Below are positions 1 through 9,710 of a stretch of 64,000 nucleotides of DNA, piece after piece; position 1 is the first letter of the stretch, and every line of letters begins with the position of its first letter. Both the position numbers and the translations under genes were made by a program. The notes under the pieces are model-generated. The model was given only the letters and a program-made list of their open reading frames with translations. It did not search any database and had not been told where the DNA came from. The stretch is from an uncultured Verrucomicrobiae bacterium (GTDB lineage: Bacteria > Verrucomicrobiota > Verrucomicrobiia > Chthoniobacterales > JAATET01): the NCBI GenBank assembly GCA_963719495.1, contig CAVRCI010000012.1, positions 32,001 to 96,000 of the forward strand, read 5' to 3'.

Positions 1-175
1 AGACAACCCGAATCACCGGATGCAATTCGTCCGAAGCCGAACCGGCGGACATGAACCGAACCGTCGACCAGAAATCCAGCCCAGCCGCCACCCCCAAAAC
101 CACCAAATCAGGCCAGAACTCCGCAACAAACCCCACCCAATTCACCCGAATCCGCAGACCGTAGAACTCAACCAC
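1..175 (-). CDS. Partial hypothetical membrane protein (runs off window start)
   Basis: Hand-translated open frame VVEFYGLRIRVNWVGFVAEFWPDLVVLGVAAGLDFWSTVRF..., hydrophobic and co-oriented with the adjacent operon; start uncertain. Confidence 0.3.
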   Translation of the reverse strand, partial: MVEFYGLRIRVNWVGFVAEFWPDLVVLGVAAGLDFWSTVRFMSAGSASDELHPVIRVV

Positions 176-269
176 TCCCCGAACCAGATCCCTGAAGCGC
201 GAATCGCCTCTAAAAAAGGTAGGGTAGCCGCGCCGCGGGTTCCGTGACCACCTCCCAGCGCTCTGATTC

Positions 270-1388
270 CTAGCCCGACGCCGTCCCAACCCCATCGCCT
301 AGCCCCAGAGCAAACTTCGCGATCTCGTCCGCCGCCATCGGCTTCTGCACCGCCGCCAGATTCCGCTTCCACCGCCGCCATCCCGCCGCATCATCCGCGA
401 CCGCCTCGGCGACGCGCTTCGCCAATTCATCCGGCCGCCCCATCGCCGGCTTCCCTACGTTCAGCCGCTCGATGAGCGCAATGTTGCCTTCCTCCTGACC
501 CGGCACCACGTGACTCACCAAGAACGGACACCGCGCCGCGATCGCCTCCTGCACGATCGCCCCCCCCGCCTTTCCAATGAAAACGTGGTGCGACGAAAGC
601 AGCCGCGGCATCTGATCGGTCCACCCTAGAATCCGCACCCTCCGATCCGCCTCCAACCCGGAGTGCCGCAGCGCCCGGTGCAACCGATCGTGCCGACCCG
701 CCAGCACCGTCAACTCGACGTCCGGCAACCGAAGCAAGGCCGTAATCTGCCGCATCGTCCGCACAAGTTGCGTCGATGGCATGAAGAGAAGTTTCCAAGG
801 TTTTCCCGCCGATTCCGGCAGCGGCTCGACCGCCGCGAACTTCCGCGACACCGGGAACCCCAGCGAATGCACGATCGCCGGGTCGACCCCGTTGCCCACC
901 ACCACCTTCGCCGTCTCGTCATCCGCCACCACGAACGCGTCCGACCGGCACCGATACCAGGCGGAATTCACCTCCACCGAATCCGTGATGACCGTCACAA
1001 ACGGCGTTCGAAGCCCCGGCTGCCGCTTCTGAATCTTCCGAAACAGATACGCGTAAAGCGGATACGTCGAAATCACGACCGCCGGTTCGTGTTCCCGCAA
1101 TTCCTCCTCCATCGCCCGCTCCAGCGCCCCGGTCGTCCACATCATCCGCTCCATCAGACCCGGATGATCGAGCGCCTTGAAAATGAGATCCCAGATCCAG
1201 GGAAAACGATTGATCGCCAGCGAGTACCCGACCTGCACCGACCGGTCGATCAGCGGCACCGCGCGAGCATAGAGGTCGACCACCGTCCCCCGCGCGTCAT
1301 CGCGAGCCGCCACGGCCTCCGCGATCCCCTTGGCCGCCGCGTTGTGTCCGTCGCCAAAGCTGGCGGTCAGAACCAGGACATTCTTCAT
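270..1388 (-). CDS. MGDG synthase/UgtP-like glycosyltransferase (GT28)
   Basis: N-terminal SFGDGH, STYP, VITD, KAGG and PGQEEGN motifs. Confidence 0.85.
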   Translation of the reverse strand: MKNVLVLTASFGDGHNAAAKGIAEAVAARDDARGTVVDLYARAVPLIDRSVQVGYSLAINRFPWIWDLIFKALDHPGLMERMMWTTGALERAMEEELREHEPAVVISTYPLYAYLFRKIQKRQPGLRTPFVTVITDSVEVNSAWYRCRSDAFVVADDETAKVVVGNGVDPAIVHSLGFPVSRKFAAVEPLPESAGKPWKLLFMPSTQLVRTMRQITALLRLPDVELTVLAGRHDRLHRALRHSGLEADRRVRILGWTDQMPRLLSSHHVFIGKAGGAIVQEAIAARCPFLVSHVVPGQEEGNIALIERLNVGKPAMGRPDELAKRVAEAVADDAAGWRRWKRNLAAVQKPMAADEIAKFALGLGDGVGTASG

Positions 1389-1398
1389 GCCGACGATT

Positions 1399-2121
1399 TT
1401 ACAATCCGCTCAGCGCTTTGCGAGCCCGCTCCTGCGAGTCCCGCTCCTCCTGATCCACCGGCTTCAAATCCAACGCGGCCGCCAATTCCTTCTCCGCCTT
1501 CGCATCGTCGCCCACCGCCAGATAAGCTCGACCCAATTCCGCCCGATACATCGCCCGATCCCCGTCCAGCGCCACCGCCCGCTCCAGGCATTCGACCGCC
1601 CGTTCGTTCGACGCGTCCGGCATTTTTCCGAAGAACGTCTCGGCAAAAAACTTCGTCCCGCCCCCGAGATTCGCCAACTCGTAATTCCACCGCCCCAGCA
1701 CAAACCAAGCCAGCGAGTTCCCCGCATCCAGCTCGATCGCCCGCTCCGCCTCGTCCCGGATCTCCCCGGCGTCCTTGATCCGCTCCCTCGCCGACTTCAA
1801 AAACGACAATTTCCCCACGGTGATGGCCACCGACAAATGAGCCTCCGAGTTCGAGTCATCCGCCGCCACCGACTCCCTCGCCAGCTTCAGCGCCTCCAAT
1901 CCCAACTCCCGCTTTGCCCCGCTGGAACCAACCTCCCCCATCCGCTCCACCAAAGCCTTCGACTCCATCCGCAAAGCCTCCGACTTCGCCAAATCCCCCG
2001 CCGAAACAAACGTCAAGCCAACCGCCCCGAAGAGGGCGATCCAAACCCGGAGGGCGAGGCTCCCGCCGAGCCGTGGCCCCCACCGACAGCCGCCCAAACC
2101 ACCCGACGCCCCGCCCCTCAT
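1399..2121 (-). CDS. Exported TPR-repeat protein
   Basis: TPR-like helices ([24 protein letters not shown]); ATG at 2121 overlaps the upstream stop (ATGA); hydrophobic N-terminal segment. Confidence 0.7.
   Translation of the reverse strand: MRGGASGGLGGCRWGPRLGGSLALRVWIALFGAVGLTFVSAGDLAKSEALRMESKALVERMGEVGSSGAKRELGLEALKLARESVAADDSNSEAHLSVAITVGKLSFLKSARERIKDAGEIRDEAERAIELDAGNSLAWFVLGRWNYELANLGGGTKFFAETFFGKMPDASNERAVECLERAVALDGDRAMYRAELGRAYLAVGDDAKAEKELAAALDLKPVDQEERDSQERARKALSGL
2047..2072. repeat. REP-like family A (CCGGAGGGCGAGGCTCCCGCCGAGCC)
   Basis: Further copies at 29887-29912 with an inverted partner at 29973-29997, and tandem at 60687-60731. Confidence 0.8.
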
Positions 2122-3158
2122 TTCACGAACAAATAATGCGAAACGATCCACTCGTTCCCGCCCCGAAACCCCCAAAGCTCCGCGCACGACATGTAAAACA
2201 CCCGCCAATAAGCCCGCCATTTTCCGACGTTCGCCTCGCCATAAACCTCCGCCAAAATTGGACGCACCTTCGCATCGTTCGCATCCATCTCCGCCAGCCA
2301 CGCCTCCGAGGTCCGCTGATAATGCGTCCCGCTCACCTGCCAATGCCGCGCGATTTTGAGATCCTCCTGGAAATAAAGCAGCAAGTCGTCCGAAGGCATC
2401 GTCCCTCCCTCGAAAAAATACCGCGTGATCCAGTCCGAAGGATCCGTCCCCTCGAAGTGGTAGGCAAACCGCACGTGCGTGAAAATGTGCACGAACAACT
2501 TCCCACCCGGCACCATCCACGAAGCCACCCGCCGCATCAGCTCCCGGTAATTCTTCATGTGCTCGAACATCTCGACGCTCACCACCCGGTCAAACTGACC
2601 CTCCTCCAGCGCGAGCTCGTTCATGTCGCAAGTGATCACCGTCACGTTCCCGAATCCCCGCTCCGCGCACACCGCCTCGATGTGCTCCCGCTGCGTGGCC
2701 GAATTCGACACCGCGGTAATGAGCAAAGTCGGATACTTCTCCGCCATCCACAAAGTCAGACTCCCCCACCCGCACCCAAGCTCCAAAATACGCTGACCCT
2801 CCACCAAGGCCCCAAGCTCCGCCCGCTCGCACGACAGCGCCAGCATCGCCTCCTCCGACTCCGCAAACGTCGTGTCCGGCTTCGGCCAATACCCCGAGCT
2901 GTATTTCATCCGAGGCCCCAGACACAATTTGAAGAACTCCGTCGGCACCTCGTAATGCTGCTCGTTGGCCGCCTCGGTCTTGATCGCAATCGGGCTCGTC
3001 TTCAGTTCATCGACAAAAGCCTGCAAAGCCCCCTGCTGAGCCTCGACCCCACCCCGGTCCTCCTCCTTCAGTTTCCTGGCAAGCAGGTTCCGAATCCCAA
3101 TCCGCACCACCGCATCCGGCACCAGCCCCTTAGCCAAAAGTTCATCAATCGAAATCAT
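2118..3158 (-). CDS. SAM-dependent methyltransferase, CFA-synthase/coclaurine N-methyltransferase-like
   Basis: [28 protein letters not shown] and [10 protein letters not shown] motifs. Confidence 0.85.
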   Translation of the reverse strand: MISIDELLAKGLVPDAVVRIGIRNLLARKLKEEDRGGVEAQQGALQAFVDELKTSPIAIKTEAANEQHYEVPTEFFKLCLGPRMKYSSGYWPKPDTTFAESEEAMLALSCERAELGALVEGQRILELGCGWGSLTLWMAEKYPTLLITAVSNSATQREHIEAVCAERGFGNVTVITCDMNELALEEGQFDRVVSVEMFEHMKNYRELMRRVASWMVPGGKLFVHIFTHVRFAYHFEGTDPSDWITRYFFEGGTMPSDDLLLYFQEDLKIARHWQVSGTHYQRTSEAWLAEMDANDAKVRPILAEVYGEANVGKWRAYWRVFYMSCAELWGFRGGNEWIVSHYLFVK

Positions 3159-3165
3159 AATTCAC

Positions 3166-3195
3166 ATTCGCGTCCATTCGCGTCCATTAGCGGTT
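3166..3195. repeat. Solo arm of the 10-nt-periodic repeat found around the GxxExxY gene (ATTCGCGTCCATTCGCGTCCATTAGCGGTT)
   Basis: Near-identical to 58647-58676 and 59097-59126; related copy at 22214-22251. Confidence 0.8.
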
Positions 3196-3211
3196 GACTG
3201 CACGAATCCCA

Positions 3212-4006
3212 TCAATCGCGCTTGGGGAACCAAGGCACGAACACGCTCGTCGTCCGCTGATACTCCCGATACTTGTCCCCGCGCGATTTGAGCGATTGCT
3301 CCTCCGCCGTCGGCACGCCCGTCACCTTCAACAGGAAATACAACATGATCGCCGGACAAAACGCCGAGATCCACCCGTCCTCCGTCCCCAAGGCAAACAC
3401 AAAATACCCGACCCACACCAGCCACTCGCAGAAATAATTCGGGTGCCGCGAATACCGCCACAACCCCGTCTGGCAAACCTCCCCCTTGTTCTCATCCTTC
3501 GAACGAAACTGATCCAACTGCCAATCCGCCACACTCTCCCCAACCATCGCGATCAACCAGATCGCCACCCCCGCCCACTCGAACGGCCCGATCACCGCAC
3601 CCTGATTTTGAGCCACGAACGCAAACGGCACCGTCAGCAAAGCCAGCAGCACCGCCTGCAGCTGAAAAAAACCAAAGAACATTAGCCACGGCCGCTCGGA
3701 GAATTGCTCCCGCAATGTCGCGTAGCGCCCATCCTCCTCCGGATGATGCTTGGCGACCCGCCGCCACAAATGCGTCCCCAGCCGCAAGCTCCACAACGAC
3801 ACCATCACCGCAATGAGGGTTTTCCGATCCTGCGCTCCGGTGCCCAACACCCAATACGCCCCGACCAACAACGTGAAACCCAACGACCACGCGACATCCA
3901 CGACGCTCGCGTTGTCGATCCGCTTCGCGAAAAGCCACGTCGCCACCATGAGAACCATCGCCAGCGCAAACCCGACGGTCATCAAAAACCAAAAATCCTC
4001 ACTCAT
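3212..4006 (-). CDS. DUF1295 / steroid 5-alpha-reductase-like membrane protein
   Basis: VDVAWS, EDGRY, ESVADWQL and GLWRYSRHPNYF motifs; multiple TM segments. Confidence 0.9.
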   Translation of the reverse strand: MSEDFWFLMTVGFALAMVLMVATWLFAKRIDNASVVDVAWSLGFTLLVGAYWVLGTGAQDRKTLIAVMVSLWSLRLGTHLWRRVAKHHPEEDGRYATLREQFSERPWLMFFGFFQLQAVLLALLTVPFAFVAQNQGAVIGPFEWAGVAIWLIAMVGESVADWQLDQFRSKDENKGEVCQTGLWRYSRHPNYFCEWLVWVGYFVFALGTEDGWISAFCPAIMLYFLLKVTGVPTAEEQSLKSRGDKYREYQRTTSVFVPWFPKRD

Positions 4007-5268
4007 GCCCTGACATCGTTTCCGCCCCCGCCGCCAATTTCATAAACCTCCGACGTAATCCCAAGATTATTCGGCCGCGTGTAGATCGCCTGCACCACCG
4101 AGATGTGCCGCGCCCCGAAAGCCGCCTCGCAATACCGCAAATAATACCGCCACTTCCGCAGGAACCGCTCGTCGAATCCCAGCGCCAACACCTCGTCCCG
4201 CGCCGCCTCGAACGCCTCCGCCCACAGCTTGAGCGTCTTCGCGTAGCAAAGCCCCATGTCCTCCCAATCGTAGAGATTCAGCCAGCCCGTCTTGTTGAAC
4301 GCCTCCGTCATCCGAGCCTGCGACACCAGCAGCGACCCCGGGAAAATGTGCTTCTGAATGAAATCCACCCCGTCCCTCAGAATTTTGAACTGCCGGTCCG
4401 GGCAAGTGATCATCTGCAATCCCATCATCCCCCGCGGCCGCAGCAGCCGACCGCAAGCCGCGACGAAGGTATCCAAATACGCGTCGCCCACGGCCTCGAT
4501 CATCTCGATCGACACGATCTTATCGAACTGACCCGTGATGTTCCGATAGTCCTCGAGCTTCACCGTCACCCGGTCCGCCAACCCCGCCGCCTCGATCCGC
4601 GCCGTCGCCTCGGCGAATTGCTCGTCCGAGATCGTCACCGTCGTCACCCGGCACCCGTACGTCCCCGCCGCGTGCAGGCTGAACCCCCCCCACCCGGTCC
4701 CGATCTCGAGCACCTCGTCGTCCGACCCAATTTGGAGTTTGCGGCAGAGCTGATCGTATTTCTTCGTCTGCGCGTCCTCCAACGATAGGTCCGCCGGATC
4801 GAAATAAGCGCTGGAATACGTCATCGTCGGATCCAGCCACAGCTTGAAAAACGCGTTGCTCAGATCGTAGTGCTCGCGAATGTTCCGCCGACTCGTTTTA
4901 AGGCTGTTCGGCCGACGTTTGTGCAACAGCCGGTTGTAGGCGTTCAGCAAACCGATCCCGACCCCCGCCCGGCCACCCTCCGTCCGCATCCCCGCGGTCG
5001 AATCCGCGTTCAGAATGAAGAACGCGATCACCAGCGCCAGATCCGGCGTGTCCCAATCGCCATCCACGTAAGCCTCCCCCAGCCCGATCGGCCCCGACAC
5101 CACGCACCTGCGAAAAAACGTCTCCCGCCGCACCTCGATCCGCGCGTCCAGGCCCGGATACAGCCCGCCGAACCGCAGCTCCTCGCCGTCCGGCAGCTCG
5201 AAAACCAACGTCCCACGAGTCAGCGACCCAAGGCTTTTGAGGACGAATTTCCGAAACAACGAATTCAT
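4003..5268 (-). CDS. cfa: Cyclopropane-fatty-acyl-phospholipid synthase family methyltransferase (UfaM-like)
   Basis: HYDLSN, MTYSSA, LEIGTGWG, SIEMIEAVG and IFPG motifs; ATG 5268 chosen. Confidence 0.88.
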   Translation of the reverse strand: MNSLFRKFVLKSLGSLTRGTLVFELPDGEELRFGGLYPGLDARIEVRRETFFRRCVVSGPIGLGEAYVDGDWDTPDLALVIAFFILNADSTAGMRTEGGRAGVGIGLLNAYNRLLHKRRPNSLKTSRRNIREHYDLSNAFFKLWLDPTMTYSSAYFDPADLSLEDAQTKKYDQLCRKLQIGSDDEVLEIGTGWGGFSLHAAGTYGCRVTTVTISDEQFAEATARIEAAGLADRVTVKLEDYRNITGQFDKIVSIEMIEAVGDAYLDTFVAACGRLLRPRGMMGLQMITCPDRQFKILRDGVDFIQKHIFPGSLLVSQARMTEAFNKTGWLNLYDWEDMGLCYAKTLKLWAEAFEAARDEVLALGFDERFLRKWRYYLRYCEAAFGARHISVVQAIYTRPNNLGITSEVYEIGGGGGNDVRA

Positions 5269-5320
5269 GACGACAGCCTTACGTCCGAACCCGAATTGGC
5301 GATGAATAAATTGTGGACCC

Positions 5321-6481
5321 TCACTCGCGGACAAACTGACTCTCGTCTCGCGGCACCTTTCCCGGGCGAATCGCCATGAGAAAGCGGACGATCCGCTCGG
5401 CCCCGTGAGGCGACCCGGCCCCGCGGCCGTTCTCCGACAGCGTCACCAATCCCGCGCAATCGTCCGCGATCAACTCCTCGACCTTGGGCCGGACCCCCGT
5501 CCGCTTTCGCACGAAAAATCCCGCACCCAGCCGTTTCAACAACTTCGCGTTCCCCGGCTCCTGGCCCGGCACCGCCTTCGTCACGATCATCGGCAGATTC
5601 GCCGCCAACGCCTCCTGCGTCGTCGCCCCCCCCGCCTTCGCCACCAGCAGATGACTCCGCGCAAAAAGCTCCGCGTGCCGCTTCGTCCAGCCCAGCACAT
5701 TCACCCGACCGCCGCGCCGCCGCATCTCCCGGCGCAGCGCCTTCAACAACTTCACGTCGAACGCCACCGTGATCGTGAGCTCGATCCCAGGAATGTCCGC
5801 CAGTTCCTTCGCGATCCAATCCGAATCCAGCCGACCCGAATTGATCATGTAAAGCACCCGCACGGCCTCACCCGCCCGCGGCGGAATGGACCGCCCAGCT
5901 TTCGCACATTCCACCGCAATGTCGGGATTGACCGCGAATCCCAGCGGCAGGATTTTCTCGTCCGGAATCCCCCGCGACCGGACCACGTCCGCCGTCATCC
6001 GGTTCGGCACCACGATCGCGTCACAAGCCGCGCCCGTCCAAACGGTGTTCACGGTGATCGAATCCGTCACCACGATGACGTTCGCGCAGTCCGGATAGGG
6101 CTCGAGCAGCCGGTAATATTCCAAAAAATGCGGAAAGATCGGGTAGGTCGACACCACCACGTCCGGCCGCTCCTCCGCCAACAACTCACGCAGCCGCTTT
6201 TTGAGATCCTGCATCACCCACAGACTGATCCGCGTGTGCCACGGTTGATCGATGATCAAAAAGTAAATCCCCCACACCCACGGCACGCAGCGAATGAGCC
6301 ACAGATAAAAACGCCGCGACCACGGATAAAGCTCATCCCCCGTCCGCTTGAGCGGATCGACCACCAACAGCTCGACCTCCTCGCCCTCGGCCCGCAACCG
6401 CTCGGTCACCCGCTTCAGCGCCGCCGAAGCACTGTGGTGCCCCTGCCCAAACCCAGCCGATAAAACGAGAATCTTCCTCAC
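5321..6481 (-). CDS. Second MGDG synthase/UgtP-like glycosyltransferase (GT28)
   Basis: SAGFGQGH, STYP, VVTD, KAGG and PGQEPGN motifs. Confidence 0.85.
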   Translation of the reverse strand: MRKILVLSAGFGQGHHSASAALKRVTERLRAEGEEVELLVVDPLKRTGDELYPWSRRFYLWLIRCVPWVWGIYFLIIDQPWHTRISLWVMQDLKKRLRELLAEERPDVVVSTYPIFPHFLEYYRLLEPYPDCANVIVVTDSITVNTVWTGAACDAIVVPNRMTADVVRSRGIPDEKILPLGFAVNPDIAVECAKAGRSIPPRAGEAVRVLYMINSGRLDSDWIAKELADIPGIELTITVAFDVKLLKALRREMRRRGGRVNVLGWTKRHAELFARSHLLVAKAGGATTQEALAANLPMIVTKAVPGQEPGNAKLLKRLGAGFFVRKRTGVRPKVEELIADDCAGLVTLSENGRGAGSPHGAERIVRFLMAIRPGKVPRDESQFVRE

Positions 6482-6537
6482 AGAAGTCCCACTAAACCCA
6501 CTCCCCCGCCACCTGACCAGCCCCCGCTCGCCATAAT

Positions 6538-6564
6538 CGTGGCATCGGCTTCCAGCCGATCACC
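6538..6564. repeat. REP-like hairpin (CGTGGCATCGGCTTCCAGCCGATCACC)
   Basis: Copy with one mismatch at 30075-30101. Confidence 0.75.
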
Positions 6565-6599
6565 AAACCCACGCGAAGCGCAAACTTCATTCCTCACCC

Positions 6600-7379
6600 C
6601 TACCGTCGCAAAGACTCGTGCGGATTATAAACCTCCCGCTGCAACTCCGGCTCCGCCTCCTTCCTCCGAAACGGCAAACCCTTCCACCACAGCTTCAGCG
6701 CCTCCCAGTGAATCCCCCCGATCACCTGTAGCGTCACGAACGGATACTTCACCGTCATCCAAATCAAATTCGAGGTCGTCAATTCCAACCGCTCTCCGGT
6801 CAGCGAAGTCACCAACTCCCGCTCATCCCCCCGCCAATCGTCGATCCAAACCCCCAACCGCTCACCCGGCACCGCGAACCGGAAATCAAACTCCAAATCC
6901 AAATCGGCAAACGGCGACACGTAAAAATGCTTCGTCACCCGCCGCTCCATCCGCCCCCCGCCAGCCGCCGGCACCAGATACAATTTCAGTTCCCGAAACG
7001 TATTCCCGACCTGAATCACCGACGCAAAAGCCAACCCACCCGCGTCGTAGCAGTAAAAAATCGTGACCGGATTGAAGATGTAGCCCACCACCCGAGGCAG
7101 CGTCAGCATCCGGATCCGATCCGGCCGCCGCGCCTCACCATTCTCCCGCAAAAACTCCTCCACCGTCCCCCGCAGACCCGCCCCGCCCAGCGAGTAATAA
7201 TCCGACTCCCGCAACGAATACAGATTCGGCTCGTTGAACCCAAACAGCGGCACCCGGTCCGTCACCTCCGCCAGCTCATCCAGATCGAGCCAGAACATGA
7301 AGATCCGATAACCAAACTCATGCCGCTTCGGCGCAAGCCGCCGGTGCATCACCGAACATTCGTAGAGGCACGATTCCAT
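6600..7379 (-). CDS. DUF1365 protein (UfaO-like)
   Basis: HRRLAPKRHEF, FNPVTIFYC, KHFYVSPF and IHWEALKLWWKG motifs. Confidence 0.9.
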   Translation of the reverse strand: MESCLYECSVMHRRLAPKRHEFGYRIFMFWLDLDELAEVTDRVPLFGFNEPNLYSLRESDYYSLGGAGLRGTVEEFLRENGEARRPDRIRMLTLPRVVGYIFNPVTIFYCYDAGGLAFASVIQVGNTFRELKLYLVPAAGGGRMERRVTKHFYVSPFADLDLEFDFRFAVPGERLGVWIDDWRGDERELVTSLTGERLELTTSNLIWMTVKYPFVTLQVIGGIHWEALKLWWKGLPFRRKEAEPELQREVYNPHESLRR

Positions 7380-7387
7380 CGCGCCGC

Positions 7388-8668
7388 TCAACCCACGTCG
7401 CCGACGCCCAGATGCTCCTTCACCGCACCGCACACCCGCACCGCCGACCAATAAGCATCCTCGTGGAACCCATACCGAAAGTAGCTCCCACAAAAATAAA
7501 CCCGCTGGTCCGGCGACCGCCGATTCAGTCCACCCAATTCCTTCTGCGCCGCCACCGCATCGAGCGTGAACGTCGGATGATCGTAGTCCGTTTCGTAAAG
7601 CACGCGCTTCTCCGGGACCAGCCCCTCCGCGTTGATCGAAACGAAGTAATTCACCTCCGGCGAAACGTTCTGCAACGCGTTCATCCAGTAATGAGTCGTC
7701 GCACGGGTCCCGCCATCCGCCGCCGCTTCGATCTTATAATTCCACGAAGCCCAGGCGATCCGCCGCTTAGGCATCACGCGCTCGTCCGTGTGCAAAATCG
7801 CGTGATTATGCTGATACCCAAACTCCCGCAAAAGCCGCAATTCGTCGGGCTCGGGATCACTCAGCAAAGCCAAAGCCTCGTCCGCGTGCGTGGCCACAAT
7901 CACCCGGTCGAACGCCTCCGCCGCCCCCCCCTCGACCCGCACCGTCACGCCATCCGCCGTCCGCTTGACCGCCACCACCTTCGAGTTCAATCGCGGCTCC
8001 GCCGTCCCGGCGATGATCCGTCGCACGTAGCTCAGCGAGCCTTTGCTAACGGTGAACCACGGATGATGCGTGTGAACCCCCAGAAAACCATGATTGTAAA
8101 AGAACCGGATCAGCATCCCGGCGGGAAATTCCAAAACATCCTCCGGCCGCGTCGACCAGACCGCCGAACTCATCGGAATGAGGTAGTGATTCAGCAAATC
8201 GCGACTGAACCCATACTCCGCCGCAAATTCCCGCACGCTCCCCCGCGGCTCGTTTTCGAGCGTGGCATTGGCGATCTCGAAGAATCGGGTGATCTCGCCC
8301 AACAACCGGTGAAACCGCGGCCGCGCGAGGTTCCGCCACTGCGCGAAAACCTTTCGCACGCTCATCCCATTGTATTCGAGATGATCCGGCCCGTGCTGGA
8401 CGCTGAACGACATCTGACTCGGCTCCGTCGGCACCCCCAACTCCTCGAAGAGTGCGCAGAGGTGTGGATAAGTCACGTGATTGAAGACAATGAACCCCGT
8501 GTCGATCGGCACATCCCGCCCGTCCTCGCGAACGACCACCGTATTCGAATGCCCCCCCGGCCGCCCCGCCTGCTCGAACAGCGTCACATCCGCAACGTCC
8601 CGCAAATTCCAAGCACACCCCAGCCCAGCCACGCCGGACCCGATCACCGCAATCCGTTCCCTAGTCAT
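7388..8668 (-). CDS. FAD-dependent oxidoreductase, amine-oxidase family (UfaD-like)
   Basis: VIGSGVAG, DTGFIVFN..TYP, WASWNY and GFHEDA motifs. Confidence 0.9.
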   Translation of the reverse strand: MTRERIAVIGSGVAGLGCAWNLRDVADVTLFEQAGRPGGHSNTVVVREDGRDVPIDTGFIVFNHVTYPHLCALFEELGVPTEPSQMSFSVQHGPDHLEYNGMSVRKVFAQWRNLARPRFHRLLGEITRFFEIANATLENEPRGSVREFAAEYGFSRDLLNHYLIPMSSAVWSTRPEDVLEFPAGMLIRFFYNHGFLGVHTHHPWFTVSKGSLSYVRRIIAGTAEPRLNSKVVAVKRTADGVTVRVEGGAAEAFDRVIVATHADEALALLSDPEPDELRLLREFGYQHNHAILHTDERVMPKRRIAWASWNYKIEAAADGGTRATTHYWMNALQNVSPEVNYFVSINAEGLVPEKRVLYETDYDHPTFTLDAVAAQKELGGLNRRSPDQRVYFCGSYFRYGFHEDAYWSAVRVCGAVKEHLGVGDVG

Positions 8669-8692
8669 GCGAAGCTATCCCCATTCCAAACC

Positions 8693-8726
8693 CTGTCATG
8701 CTGAGCGAAGCGAAGCATCTCTGGCT
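8693..8726. repeat. REP-like family C (CTGTCATGCTGAGCGAAGCGAAGCATCTCTGGCT)
   Basis: Copies at 24356-24389 (inverted partner 24421-24454), 56623-56656 and 61094-61126. Confidence 0.85.
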
Positions 8727-8737
8727 TACACTAAATC

Positions 8738-9700
8738 CTAAACCGAAGACCGCCGCCGAGCACTAGCTTCATCATAAGCCGAAACCGGCACTCCACGCAG
8801 ATCCCAAACCAACCCACAAGCCGCCAACCCCTTCAGCAAGTAATAAGAAATGTCGATCTCCCACCAATAAAACCCCTGCCGGGCCGAAGCTTGAAAGTGG
8901 TGGTGATTATTGTGCCAACCCTCGCCAAGCGTTATGAGCGCGAGAATCAACGAATTCCGACTCTCGTCGTCCGTCTCATACCGCTTGCTCCCCAGCGTGT
9001 GCGCAAACGAGTTCACCGCGCAAGTCCCGTGGAAGAGCACCGTCGTGCTGATGAAAAACCCCCACACCACCATCTGCCAGGCACCCGTCCCGAGACCAGG
9101 AGCCACCGCCGCCAGCAACAGACCCAGACCGGCCATGGCGGCAATCATCAACAGCGGTCCGATCAGATCGAAACGATTGAGAAAAACCAACTCCGGATAC
9201 TTCGCGAGATCGCGCACGACTTTGTAATTCGTCGGAAAATTCCGGCTACTCGTCAGCCACCCGATGTGCGACCAGGTGAATCCCTTCTTCACGGGCGAAT
9301 GCGCATCGTGCTCCTCGTCCGAATGCTTGTGGTGATGGCGATGCACCGCCGCCCACCAGAGCGGCCCGCGCTGCACGGCCGTCAGACCGATCAGAGCAAA
9401 GATAAACTGCCCAACCCGCGACGTCCGGTAAGCCCGGTGGCAAAAATACCGATGGTAAAATCCGGTAATCGCAAACATTCGCACCAAATAAAGCGCCGCG
9501 GCGACGCCGACCGCCGTCCAACTCCAACCCACCCAGATCACTCCAAGACACCCCACGTGCAGAATCACAAACGGAATGGCCCGCGACCATTCGAAGCGCT
9601 CGGGTTTTTCGGCGACCGCCTCGGCCCCCTCCGGAAAGTAATCGGAGTCGATCTGCTGAATGAAAGCGCGTCCCACGCGCCGCCACCACGCCGGGCGCAA
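8738..9700 (-). CDS. Membrane fatty acid (acyl-CoA, delta-9-like) desaturase
   Basis: Three His boxes HRYFCH, HRHHH and HNNHH; start uncertain (TTG 9700, or ATG 9769 overlapping the parB end). Confidence 0.9.
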   Translation of the reverse strand: MRPAWWRRVGRAFIQQIDSDYFPEGAEAVAEKPERFEWSRAIPFVILHVGCLGVIWVGWSWTAVGVAAALYLVRMFAITGFYHRYFCHRAYRTSRVGQFIFALIGLTAVQRGPLWWAAVHRHHHKHSDEEHDAHSPVKKGFTWSHIGWLTSSRNFPTNYKVVRDLAKYPELVFLNRFDLIGPLLMIAAMAGLGLLLAAVAPGLGTGAWQMVVWGFFISTTVLFHGTCAVNSFAHTLGSKRYETDDESRNSLILALITLGEGWHNNHHHFQASARQGFYWWEIDISYYLLKGLAACGLVWDLRGVPVSAYDEASARRRSSV

Positions 9701-9710
9701 GCCGGAATTC

